A stretch of 63,329 bases of DNA, counting the filler, from Welwitschia mirabilis (lineage: Eukaryota): the NCBI GenBank assembly GCA_051453625.1. It is 8 parts of one record of this genome, joined end to end, with 100 filler letters (N's around TTAATTAATTAA, not from the genome) between each part and the next. Parts side by side here need not be neighbours in the genome. Positions count along the whole stretch, not along the records: positions 1 to 16,903 come from JBOZIK010000001.1; positions 17,004 to 22,268 come from JBOZIK010000001.1; positions 22,369 to 36,812 come from JBOZIK010000001.1; 5 more parts are not named here. The stretch is one strand, 5' to 3'. The notes under the pieces are model-generated. The model made no database searches, was not told the DNA's origin, and worked only from the letters and a program-made list of their open reading frames with translations. The stretch's first letter is position 1; every line of letters starts with the position of its first letter. Position numbers and translations under genes: made by a program. Shown here piece after piece: positions 12,040 to 24,908 of this stretch.

Positions 12040-13516
12040 TACATGAATAAAGACTAAGATTTAAGATCTATAATGATACTTATAAAATAATCCTCATATG
12101 AAGGTTAAGGTATTTTACAAGGGTTATAAAATTACCTCCCTTTAAAATCTTAATTTGAGGTATATCATAGAAGTTATAAATTAACCCTCATATAAAGTTT
12201 AAGTTTTAGATTTCATAAATAAATTCTAAGATTTAAGGTTAATAATAGTGGTTATAAAATAATTCTCTTATAAGCCATAAGCCTAAAATATTTCATAATG
12301 GTTAACCATTATATAAGGTCTAAGTCTATAGTATTTAATGATAGTTATATTTAGGACAAAAGTACTTCATAGTGGTTATATAAAAACCCTCATATAAAGT
12401 CTAAGGCATTCTACTAGGATTATAAAATAGTCCCTACATCAAGTTTGAGTCTAGGTTTTTTCACAAATAAAATTAAGATTTAAGCTATATAATAATGATT
12501 ATTAAATAGACCTCATATAAATTTTTAGGTATTTCACAAGGGTTATAAGATAATCCTTATATAAGATCTAAGTTCTTTATTTTTAATTTTGGTTATAAAA
12601 GAATCCCCATATAAATTATAAGCCTAAAGTATTTCATGACAGGTATATAATAACCCCCATATAAAGTCTAAGGTCATTTATAAAGGTTATAAAATAATCC
12701 CTTATAAGGTCTATGTTTGATGTCTTTCACAAATAGATTTTAAGATTTAAGGTCTCTAATAGTGGTTATAAAATTATCCTTATATAAACTTTGAGATCTA
12801 TCTTAAGAACTATAAAATAATCCTAGTATAAGATTTGAGTCTACAGTCAATCTTGAAGGGTTATAAGTTAATCCTCATATAAAGTTTATTATGAGATCTT
12901 TCACAAATATAGTCTAAGATTTAAGATCAACTTATAATCCCTATATAAAGCCTAATCTTGAAATTTTTACAATGGTAGTAGAATAACCCTTATATAAGAT
13001 CTAAGTTATTGATTTGTAATGGAAATTATAAAAGAGACCTTGCATAAAATCTAGGCTAGAAGTATTTTACATCACTTATATAATGAATCTTATATAAAAT
13101 CAAAGATCTTATATAATAATCCTCTTTCATTAGAAAAATTATAGTAGTATAATGGTGGTTATGAGGATTATGAGATTTAAGGTCTTTCATGTATGAATTA
13201 TAAATCTTGCATCTAAGAATTATATAATAATCCTAGTATAAACTCTAAGTCTAAGGTCTATCATAATGTTTTCAAGTTAAACCCCATATAATGTTTGAGG
13301 TATTTTATAGGAATTAGAAAATAGTCCCCATATAAATTATAAGTCTAAAGTCTATTATGATAGTTATAAAATAGCCTCTATATAAAATTTGAGGTTTCTT
13401 ACTAGGATTAAAAGATATGCTTCATATAAATTTTGAGTCTAAAGTCTATCGTAGTAGTTATAAAATAATCCTTGTATAACCTCTAAGGGTTTATGAGGAT
13501 TATAAAATAACATCCA
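12040..13516. repeat. Degenerate AT-rich tandem array, ~43-50 bp units with longer variants
   Basis: Recurrent GGTTATAAAATAATCCYCATATAAAGTCTAAG(TCTAAG)GTATTTCA core across ~1.5 kb; ends where LTR family A begins at 13517. Confidence 0.8.
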
Positions 13517-16500
13517 TGTTGTGATGCCAATTTGTAGGAATTTTATGGTGTATTTGGAGTACTTTTGTAGAACATTTATATAGGTTTAGATGCAATTTAC
13601 TGATTATGGAGAGATGACAAGATGATCATGAATACATATAATTCTTGGCATAATTGGAGGCATTTTAGTCATGTTCTACTCCTTAACATATTGAAGGAGG
13701 ACTAAAGGTAAAGAAGACCAATTTACACTTCTTGAGGAGCTTAGGAAGAGTTTCGTCCATACTATCATCCCCATAACATAGGGGACGACCACTCGTTATG
13801 ATAGCTACACAGAAACAGCACATGGATAATACTTAGACATCAGCACATGGTGATAGGGCATCATCCTCTAGGTTGTCTGGATGACACTCAAGACGATGGA
13901 TGCAAGTACAACCCATGGGGCTGAAGGTAGCACATGGGCACACAATCCAATGTGTCATCCCCTTTGTCATGTAGATGATATATAGGATGACAACATCAGT
14001 AACATGTGCAGGCAACCCACGGGAGCACAGGCACATAACTTAAGGCATTAAGATGGTGTCATACCCACTGTCATGTGGACAATAGATAGGATGACAACTA
14101 TTTTTACACTGCGACAGTAAATTTCATTGTAAAGAGTGCCAAATGGGCCATGTGGGCGACTAGGATTTCCTTAATGAATGTTTAGGGTTATGGTTCATTG
14201 TAAAACTATAAATACCCTTTCCTCCTTTACTTCCAAACCATCTTTTATACTCGATATGCTTGTGACAGAAGCTTGAAGGTATGAGATCCATCCAAAAGCT
14301 GTAGAAAGGGGTTTCCTTGGTGTTAAGTTGTGTCTCTTCCATTGAGGTGTTGTTATTCTATTGTAAGTGGATGTAATGTTCTTTTCATTAATACAAATAC
14401 TCTTTTCATTTTAATTCTATAAATGTCCCTTATGGTTTATCTTAGTTAGTGACAAGTTTGGATTTATTTAGATCATGAGGGCAACCTTTGTTAAGGTTGA
14501 ACTTAGTTAGTAGTAGGTTTTCATTGCATTTCTATTTCATTTATATTACATATTGCATATTCTATTTGGTAGATCTAATAGTTTATATTAATTAAGAATT
14601 AGTAGATACTCTTCTTGATTAATATGAATTATAGAAAGGATAGTCTTTATGACAGAAAGACTAGAAGCTAGTTCTTGTGATAGAAGGATTAGAAACCAAG
14701 TGAATCCATTTCATTTCCACTTCCATGCACTTGTATTTTATCTTCATTCACTTGCATTACATTTACTTTATTATTTACTTTCAGTTAATAAAAGATAAAA
14801 AACCAAAAACTACTTTTGGAAATCAATTCTTTAACTCTGAGTCTAGTGCCTTTGTTGGATTTATGACATTTGGGTAAACTCCTGTCTATGCTAGAGTGTG
14901 TTTTCTACAAGTTATATGATTTACAGCTTTGCTTAAAGGACTTCAAGATTATATAAATTCACACCATAACATTTTAGTGCCATTATCGGGGAAGGCCACA
15001 AGGAGCTAAGAGGATTATCATTAACCAGATAAGTACCTAGAATATTTTTGTTTATGTTATTTATTTGAATTAATGTTGTATTTCTAGTATAATTTAATAT
15101 AGATTTATTTTTAAAAAATTTTATTTTCTATAACTTTTAGGGACCTTGTCATTCTCTCTATCATCCATACGATAAAGGATATGAAAGTTCTAAAATTTTA
15201 AATCTAGTTTCTGTTTTCACAATTTTTCTTCTATTCATAGTTTAGTAATAAAGTACTATCATTCTATTTGTCATCCCCACGATAGTAGGGATGATACTCT
15301 AGTTTTTGTAATCTTTATTTTTTATAGTTTTTAGAGTCTTGCAGTTTTTTTAAGTTTAGTATTTCTATGATTGTTGTCCTCCCTGTTATTCTCATGACTA
15401 GGTGGATGACGGTTTATTACATTTGATTTTGGGTTTTGTTTACTATTTGTGCATGCAAGGATACAAGGAATTCTGGCAGAGAGATTAAATATCAGCCAAC
15501 AAAGAACTGGATTAATAAAAACATTAAGAATTATTCAACTTTAAATAAAAATCTAGGTATGCACAACATAGGTACACAAATTCTATAATTTCTTTCATTT
15601 CTTTATCTTAGAATTAGATTTTCTTTTCTCTATATATTTAATTTACAATAATGATTTCACATCTTTTGAATGTTAAGAAATAGCAACCTTAAACAATAAA
15701 CTATCCAAGAATCTTAATCTTCATGGTATACCTATCTTCCTTACCATTTTGAATTTAAACTCTCTTATTCTATTTTTTTTGCTTGTTTTAATGAATTATA
15801 ATAGAAAGTCCATTATAAAACCTCTTTCGAAAAGGAGAAGAAATTTGCAAAATAATGAGGACATTGGTAAGAAAACACTTCAAGAAATCTTTATCAAAAG
15901 AGGAAGACCATCAAAAAATCATATTGAAAATAGGGATTGATCCCATTCTTCTTTTTAACCTAATTATTATTTTCCCTCTTTTTTTCAAACCTCATATTAA
16001 GATAATAATGAAGATTCACCATATTTTAGGGATTTCACCTCATTTAGAAAAACTTCTTATAATCATCCTTTTCAATCCCAATCATCTTCCATGCATTACT
16101 ACCAAGAAGAACCATCTTTTATCAATTACTATGAAGAAGAAAATGATCCATTAAGAGAAATGATTGGTGAAATCACAAAAAACTAAGAAAACACCAATAA
16201 GAGCTTAGAAAAATTAGCTGAAAACTTTCAACAATCTCTTTTACAAATTCAAGGATCTTTGATAATGCAACATCCTCACAACTATTCCACTCCATCCTAT
16301 CTTGAGAAAAATGAAGAGAACTTAGGAATTAATAATGATAATGATTCTTTCTTTTAACTTGAATATGTATTTATGAATCAAAGTTCAACATCCTACTCAT
16401 TAAAAGATAAGAAAAAGATAGATAATAACAGCACAAATCAACATTTCAACAATTAGAATAAAGATGACCACTTATTAGAGGATAATATTCAGATATTAGA

Positions 16501-16903
16501 TTATACCTCTATCATTTATTTACTGCTAGATAATCAAGATGTGGAATCCAATCATGAGAAAACTGAAAACCTTTTAATCAATGATGAAAATGATGTTCTT
16601 GATTCTCTTAATAATCTTTTTAATGAATCCAATTATTTAGAGAGTGAAATTAATCTTTAACAAGAGAAGAAAGATAAAGTTACAACCAATGAAGATAAAA
16701 GTATAATTGAACCACATAATGACATGGATACTAGTAAAGAAATTAAAAGGAATGAAGGAACCTTAGAGATTCATTCCAACTTTTTAGAGAATAGACTTAT
16801 TCATCCTATCTATACTTCTACATTCTTCTAATCTATTCCTTCATGTACAATTTTAAATCACAACTTTTCCTTCACTTTTCCTTTTACTTTTACTTCCACC
16901 TTT
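13517..16903 (+). mobile_element. Athila-type Ty3/gypsy 5' part: LTR family A 13517-14971, PBS ~14975-14992, internal region with no recognisable gag
   Basis: TGTTGTGATG...CACCATAACA terminal inverted ends; PBS TAGTGCCATTATCGGGGA is a decayed Athila TGGCGCCGTTGCCGGGGA; TATA box CTATAAATACC. Confidence 0.85.
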
Positions 16904-16947
16904 NNNNNNNNNNNNNNNNNNNNNNNNNNNNNNNNNNNNNNNNNNNN

Positions 16948-16959
16948 TTAATTAATTAA
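16948..16959. other. Artificial scaffold linker TTAATTAATTAA (also at 22313, 36857, 42995, 46640, 58368 and 60952)
   Basis: Identical palindromic six-frame-stop 12-mer centred in 100-bp gaps (44 N on each side), seven times. Confidence 0.97.
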
Positions 16960-17003
16960 NNNNNNNNNNNNNNNNNNNNNNNNNNNNNNNNNNNNNNNNN
17001 NNN

Positions 17004-18637
17004 CCTTAAAACACACTAGAAATACAACATTATATCAAATAAATAATCTAAAAAAAATCTTCAAGGTACTTATCTAGTTAATGAGAATACTCTTAGCTCC
17101 TTGCAGTCTTCCCTAGCAATGGTGTCAAAATGTTGCAGTGCAAATTTATGCAATCTTGAAGTCCTTTAGATAAACCTATAAATCATATAACTTGTATAAA
17201 AACACATGCTAGTATAGATGAGAGTTCACCCAAATGTTGTAATCACAATGAAGACACTAGGCTCAGAGTTAGAGAATTGATTTTCAAAGGTAGTTTTTGG
17301 TATTTTATTTGTTACTTAATTGAAAGTAAATAATAAAATAAATGTGATGCAATAAGAATGAATATGAAATGCAAAGGCATGGAAGAGGAAATAAAATGAA
17401 TTCACTTGGCTCCTAAACCTTCTATCACAAGGACTAACTTTTAGCCTTTCTATAAACCTTCTATCATAAGGACTAGCTTTTAGCCTTTCTATCATAAAGA
17501 CTATCCCTTTTATAATTCATATTAATAAAGAAAAGTATTTACTAATTCTTAATCAACATAAACTATTAGATCTACCAAGTAGAATATGCAATATATAATA
17601 TGAAATGAAATAGAAATGCAATGCAAACCTACTGCTAACCAAGATCAACCTTAAAAAGGTTGTCCTCATGATCTAAATAAATAATAGAATTGTCACTTAA
17701 CTATGACCAACTTAAAGTGTAAAGGACATTCACAGAAATAGAGTGAAAAGAGTAATTGTATTAATCAAAAGAACGTTACATCCACTTACAACAGAATAAT
17801 ATCTTCTCAATGGAAAAAACATAGCCTAACACTAAGGAAACCTCTTTCTGCAGCTATTAGATTAACCTTCTACCTTCAAGCTTCCATCACAAGCATATCA
17901 AATATAAAAGATAGTTTGGAAGTAAAGAAGGAAAGGTTATTTATAGTTTTACAACAAACTATAAACCTAGATGTTTATTAAGAAAAACCTAGTTGCTTAC
18001 ATAACCCATTTGGCACTATTTATAATGAAATTTACTGTCATAGTGTAAAAATAATTTTTCTCCTATTTGTCGTCCACATGATAGAGGGGACAACACCAAC
18101 TTAACACCTTGAGTTATGTGCCATGTGCTCCCATGGGTTACCTGCACATGTTACCAATGCTGTAGTCCTATCGATCATCCACACGACAAAGGAGACGATG
18201 CCTTGGGTTACGAAACCATGTGCTACTATTAGCCCCATGGGTTGTACTCATATCCATCGTCTTGAATGTCATCTAGATGACCTAGGGAATGATGCCCTAT
18301 CACCATGTGCTGCTGTCCAAGTGTTTCCCATGTGTTGTTCCTATGTAGCTATCGTAATGAGTTGTTGTCCCCTCTATCATGGGGATGACAGTAGGGATGT
18401 CACTCTTCCCAAGCTCCTTAAGTAGCGTAAAGTGGTCTTCTTTACCTTTAGTCCTCATTCAATATGCTAAGTGTTATAACATTCCTGAAATAACTCCAAT
18501 TATGCTAAGAATTACATGTTTTCATGATTATCTTATTATCTCTCCATAATCAGCATAATTGCATCTAAACCTATATAGATGTCCTGTAAAGGTACTTCAA
18601 ATACATAATCAAATTTCTACAAATTGGCATCACAATA
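17004..18637 (-). mobile_element. Athila-type 5' LTR family A (17131-18637) with PBS and start of the leader
   Basis: Reverse-complement homolog of 13517-15090; PBS reads TGACACCATTGCTAGGGA on the minus strand. Confidence 0.88.
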
Positions 18638-18644
18638 ACGACTA

Positions 18645-19672
18645 GTTTCTATAAGGATAGATATTAGTAAAGTTATTTCTAAAGTTCAAAAGAAAGTTGC
18701 AAAAATAGTAGATAATATTGGGATTAAGGAAGAAGACTTAAAAGATTCAGGGCTTAGATCCATAAACATTGAAGCATCTATTAAAATTCTAAAGAAAGAG
18801 AGTTTTCATAATCATTCTCTTAGGATTTAAAAATATTGTCATAAATAAGGTAAGCTTTATACCCTTTTCAACTAGGAAGATGAAGAACTAATCTTGATAT
18901 CTAAAGCAGTAGACTCCTTTAATGAATTTGGGAAGAGTCAATCCATTCCAAACTACTTTGTTCCAAATCATTATTTAAAGAATAAAAAGGAAAATTATGT
19001 TTTGCAATGAACATTAAAACATCAGGTAATAGAAAAGGATTTTGCATTGGGTGTTCCAATCAAAGTAGGAAAAGGTACATAATTTAATGTGTAAATCAAG
19101 TAGTTCAATATAAAGAGTTTGCAGATAGATTTTAGGCCTTTTGTCTTAAGAAACTAAAAAATCTTTTCATCTAATAATCTAAAGAACGAATATGGATTTA
19201 GAAATGGATATCATAATTCATTTAGCAGTAAGCAAGAACAAATATTATAAGATCTATAATAATAGGTAGACTTAAAAGATTTTCAATAGACTCACTTACT
19301 TTATAAAGAAATATTACTTTTTACATCAATAATGCTTTTGGAAATAGAGGAAATGAAACAAATCAGCTTCTAGTTCCTAAAGAGCTTAGATCAAATATTA
19401 TTCTTTCAAGATCCATTAAAGAATGGAAAGATAGAAATGTAATGGTCACTACTACATCATTGAAATCAGGTTTTAACTACATAGAAAAAAAGACTATTCT
19501 TGTTGCTCTTAACAAACTCCTAGAATATAGTAAAGAAAAAGACAGACACAAATACAATATGATAGCTAAATGTTATATTCCTATTTTGATAAGCATTCTT
19601 AGAAAGAAATAAGATAATAGTTAGAAAAAGAACACTGGATTTACTTTGTAGCTTAATAAAGGATAACAATGA
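18645..19672 (+). pseudogene. Unidentified decayed intronless ORF (~340 codons)
   Basis: Long protein-like runs VSIRIDISKVISKVQKKVAKIVDNIG... and ...NAFGNRGNETNQLLVPKELRSNIILSRSIKEWKDRN..., broken by sparse stops and at least one frameshift. Confidence 0.5.
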
Positions 19673-20128
19673 CACCAAGGTAGTTTCTTAAGAACACCCT
19701 AAGAATACCCTAAGAATACCTTAAGATGAAGTTTACCTAAAGGTAAAAATCAAGCTTATTTGCCTAAATATAGGGTTTGGTTTTTTCTATTTTTAAATGT
19801 CAATGTCTAAAATAAGAATCATACATATTCCCTAGTAATGTTCTGCTATTGATGAAGAGACATAATTCTTTGTTAGTTATTTGAGAAAATTGTGAGTTAA
19901 AAAAATACCTTGATTATTTCCATAGATTATAAATGTTTTCATATGAATAGAGAAATATTTAAGATAAAAGTTTTTAAAATTATATAACAAGAAATAATAG
20001 TGGTATAAGAAATTATTAGCTTATGTGAGTAATGTATGCTACAAATGGATGAGGTAAGTGCACATTTGCTTTTAGAGATATAAATTTCATGATGATATGT
20101 ATGAACAATAAGATACTAAACAACATAC

Positions 20129-20483
20129 CTCAATTTGGTAAAGATTTTTAAGTAAGATGACATGCTATTTCTAAAGAATCTTGAATTAATTCTACATTAC
20201 TAAGAATTTGCACATCACCACTATTCAATTTCTTTAATTATGACTTCATTCAAACCTTATTACAACAATTAAGACTTAAGTTTTTTAGTTAAATTGAGAT
20301 GTTATCTATGAGTATCATAAGATTACTTGATGATATATCAAGAAAGAGGTTCATTTCCATCTACAGTGCTTCAATCCATGTGGCTCTATCCTTCTTTGTA
20401 TCTGTCTAGAAATGAAGATGATTTTTCCCAATATATATTGAAAATATTCTTTTATCTAAACAACTTTCTCAAATAGAAGACAC
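20129..20483 (-). pseudogene. Orphan exon of an oxysterol-binding protein-related gene (ORP1/ORP2 type, PH-domain end plus coiled coil)
   Basis: AG|VSSI*ESCLDKRIFSIYIGKNHLHF*TDTKKDRATWIEAL...ILLKNLYQIE|GT matches the plant ORP1 exon [31 protein letters not shown].EAL...LRQLE. Contains stops and frameshifts. Confidence 0.8.
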
Positions 20484-22368
20484 CTAAAGCCAATGTTAAA
20501 CACTATAATAATGATTGTCTTACATGACATAAAGTTCTAACAACCAAATACATATTAATTTCTAGGATAGATTTAAAGTATGTGAAGTTGGAAAAAATGA
20601 TAAGGCCAACTTCCCTAAGTATGGGTACAGGTGCAACATTACTAAATAGGCATACATCTGTTTCTCAATGGCGGTGAAACCATAGTTTACTATAAGTTGA
20701 CTAGAATAGAATGCTATATGAATATTCGATATAATAAGCTAATAAACTTCTATTAGATGTGGTTTATGTGAAATATTCTAATTTGATAATAATCACTACT
20801 CTAAAGGAGAGTTTTTTTATTTACAATCTTTCATAATTAATGTTTGTAGTAAATGATCTCTAATTAAATCATACATCATAATGAATTTAAATATCTAACC
20901 TCTTTATTAAATAAATATTTTTACAATCAGTTATTATTTGCTTTACCTTTTATCAAATCCTCTATTATGAGTCTACAATTCTATGAATGTGAAAGCCAAT
21001 CCTACCCCAAAAAAGTGCACTTCCTGAAAATGCTACTTGTTTCTAAAGGCTTCAGATGAAGGAAGTGTATCTACATTTATGTCTGCAACTCCTATGATGA
21101 TAGAAACATGAAATTGAACATTAAATTTAGATGAGTGAAGTAGTCATCATCTAATACATCATAGCAATGCATATGAAATTCCTCCCTTAATGTCAATCTA
21201 CATTTACCCTAACTAATTCAAGATGCCATTTTAAAATCCATCTAGTATTTGTTTTTGATATTTTATCTCATGCACTTTTTTGACTTCCACATTAATAATC
21301 TAAGGATGAATTTCCTATAGCCAAAAACATATTTCATACAATGGTGTTTTTGAATTTTAATTTCAATAAATAAAACCAACTTAGAAACTTCCTTGATCAT
21401 TTACATAAAAGCTTCCACAGTAATCATCATTCTTTAGGCCTTATTTCTTTGTAACTTGGTTGGTCATGAGATAACTTAGGTTACCTTCTCATTAGATACT
21501 AATTACCATGTATCCATTAAAGTTTCTTAGAACCAATTTTTTTAGAACACATTAATATAAACAAAAGTGATATAGATGTTGTAATCCATCAAAGGCCAAA
21601 GTAGGAAATAAAACAGTTGCCTTCTAGATGATGAGGTGGATAATGGCATTTTAAAAATTAGAATCTACTAGAAGCTCAGCTAGTTGGTCACCTAATCATT
21701 GTCCAAATAACGGAGGTGATGATAGGCTCAAAAAAGATTTTTAAAGACTAAAACTTATGATAGAATTTTTATTTTTTACAGTTAATTAGGAAATGTAATA
21801 AAACAACCCACCACTGAATTAAGTAGTAATAAATAAACAAATTTGATCAACTAAAATTAATCCTAATAATAATATGTAATAATTTAAAAGATAGACATGA
21901 AAAATTAGATTTAAATCAGTACATCATGCTAGAAAATAAAGTGTCTGTAAAATGTCGAAAGAGAGTTTCCAATACAAAAGATGTATATAACAGGAGATAC
22001 AAAATAATAATACAAAATCACTTTCCTCATCTACACATGATAAACTTTGGTTTGAAAGTAGCTTAGAAGAAGGTGAAGAAGAGGAAGAATGCTCAAGATT
22101 TATGAGAAAATGGAGGTTTAAAGATGTGGAAACCCATCTGTCTATCTTATCACCGTGGACATGTACTACCTCAAGAATGTCTAATGTTACACTTTGCTGA
22201 ATGAACATAACACACTAAAGCATGTCAATGACCTGATCCTCAGAGTGCTAGACTCTCCTCTTAATAGANNNNNNNNNNNNNNNNNNNNNNNNNNNNNNNN
22301 NNNNNNNNNNNNTTAATTAATTAANNNNNNNNNNNNNNNNNNNNNNNNNNNNNNNNNNNNNNNNNNNN

Positions 22369-24908
22369 TTATGATCTCATTAGTTTCTTTCTCCATGATT
22401 CTATTTTTAAAGATACATTATTCACATTTTTTCCTTCTATTTTTTCTGTCACATCTCTAATACTTGCTTACTATTAAATTTTTCTAGAATTTTTTCTAAT
22501 TAGTTTAAACAACTTGTTTTACAAAGTATCATCTCAGTATGTCATCCCCACAACATAGAGGATGATAGTCATGCTTTTTCCTTTGTGCAATGCAGGACGT
22601 CTTGCTTTTTCTGCTAAGGGAAGGGGATGAGGAGATAGCAAGAAAACTCTCTAAGCTTTCTTCTGAAATATTACAGCAAAAATCTATTATTTTTTAAGGA
22701 TTATTTTGAGCTTGACTGATACATATTTATAATGTGTTGTTTGGACATGATTACATGTTACTTAAATACATTTCATGGAATTTATTTAGCAGGAGCAAGT
22801 AGCACTTACTAATTTTTTCAGAAAAGCTATGTTTATAATCATTTAAAGGAATGTCATGATTACTCCTATCCTTTGTCCTTGTAGCAAACATTGATGAACT
22901 TTTCATGAATTATTCTTTGAGATTATTACTACTTAAGCTTTCATATCAATTTTAGCATTATGTCTANNNNNNNNNNNNNNNNNNNNNNNNNNNNNNNNNN
23001 NNNNNNNNNNNNNNNNNNNNNNNNNNNNNNNNNNNNNNNNNNNNNNNNNNNNNNNNNNNNNNNNNNNNNNNNNNNNNNNNNNNNNNNNNNNNNNNNNNNN
23101 NNNNNNNNNNNNNNNNNNNNNNNNNNNNNNNNNNNNNNNNNNNNNNNNNNNNNNNNNNNNNNNNNNNNNNNNNNNNNNNNNNNNNNNNNNNNNNNNNNNN
23201 NNNNNNNNNNNNNNNNNNNNNNNNNNNNNNNNNNNNNNNNNNNNNNNNNNNNNNNNNNNNNNNNNNNNNNNNNNNNNNNNNNNNNNNNNNNNNNNNNNNN
23301 NNNNNNNNNNNNNNNNNNNNNNNNNNNNNNNNNNNNNNNNNNNNNNNNNNNNNNNNNNNNNNNNNNNNNNNNNNNNNNNNNNNNNNNNNNNNNNNNNNNN
23401 NNNNNNNNNNNNNNNNNNNNNNNNNNNNNNNNNNNNNNNNNNNNNNNNNNNNNNNNNNNNNNNNNNNNNNNNNNNNCCCCATGAAAGAGGGGACGACAGC
23501 TTATTATGTAGACAAAGGTTGAGGCATCAACAGCAGTGCATGATGACAGAGCATCATCTACCATGTTATCTAGATGACAGATAGGATGACTACATGGGTA
23601 ACATGAAACCCATAGGGCTAATGGTGTCATACAGGCACACAACCCAAGGTAAGAAGGTGACTTTGTCCCCACTGTTATATGGACGATGAACAGGACGATA
23701 GCTGATTTTACATATCCACAATAAATACTATTGTAAATGGGGTCAAGCGACTCATGTAGGTAGCTAAGGTTTTCTTAATGGATGTCTAGGATTACGGTTC
23801 ATTATACAACTATAAATACCCCTTCCCTCCTTTAATTCCAACCATCTTTTATACTTGATATGCTTTTGACAGAAGCTTGAAGGCAGGAGGTCCATCCAGT
23901 AGCTATAGAAAGGGGTTCCTTGATGTTAGGCTGTGTCTCTTTTATTGAGGAGCTATTATTCTATTGTAAGTGGATGTAAAGTTCTTTTGATTAATAAAAA
24001 TACTTTCTTTTACTCCCATTATGTGAATGTCTCTTATGGTTTAAGTTAATCTTAGCTAGTGAAAAGGTTGGATTTATTTAGATCATGAGAGAAACATTTG
24101 TTAAGGTTGATCTTGGTTAGTAATAAGTTTGCATTACATTTCTATTTCATTTATATTTCATATTGCATATTTTACTAGGTAGANNNNNNNNNNNNNNNNN
24201 NNNNNNNNNNNNNNNNNNNNNNNNNNNNNNNNNNNNNNNNNNNNNNNNNNNNNNNNNNNNNNNNNNNNNNNNNNNNNNNNNNNTTATTCTATTGTAAGTG
24301 GATGTAAAGTTCTTTTGATTAATACAAATACTTTCTTTTACTCCCATTATGTGAATGTCTCTTATGGTTTAAGTTAATCTTAGCTAGTGAAAAGCTTGGA
24401 TTTATTTAGATCATGAGAGAAACATTTGTTAAGGTTGACCTTGGTTAGTAATAAGTTTGCATTACATTTCTATTTCATTTATATTTCATATTGCATATTT
24501 TACTAGGTAGATCTAATGGTTTATGTTAATGAATAATTAGTACATACTCTTCTTGATTGATGTAAATTATAGAAAAGATAGTCTTTGTGACAAAAAGACT
24601 AGAAGCTAGTCCTTATGATAGAAGGATTAAGGTCTAAGTAGAATCTTATTTTCATTTACATTCACTTGCATTGCATCTTTATTCATCTTGCATTGCATTT
24701 GCTTTACCATTTTCTTTCAGTTAAGTAAAAGATAAAATACCAAAAACTACCTTCGGAAATCAATTTTCTAACTCTGTGCCTAGTGCCTTCGTTAGAATTA
24801 TGACATTCAGGTGAACTCTTGTTTATACTAGAGTGTGTTTTCCACAATTTATATGATCTATAGGTTATCTAAAGTGATTCTCAGATTGCATAAATTCACA
24901 CTACAATA
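22369..24908 (+). mobile_element. Athila-type 3' region and LTR family A (visible 23477-24908)
   Basis: Collinear with 13770-14971; ends CACACTACAATA with no PBS, so it is a 3' or solo LTR. Assignment of 22369-22966 as 3' UTR is weaker. Confidence 0.75.

Noticed and set aside
16904..17003. Repeated TTAATTAATTAA palindrome as a biological motif
   Set aside because: It is always centred in an exact 100-bp N block, so it is an assembly spacer.
13517..18637. Large inverted repeat (LTR-A plus and minus) as a single TIR or foldback element
   Set aside because: Both copies are 5' LTRs with their own PBS and are separated by an artificial linker, so they are two independent insertions with unverified adjacency.
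21924..22260. 94-aa minus-strand ORF as a receptor-kinase C-terminus
   Set aside because: The resemblance is only vague and no diagnostic motif is present.
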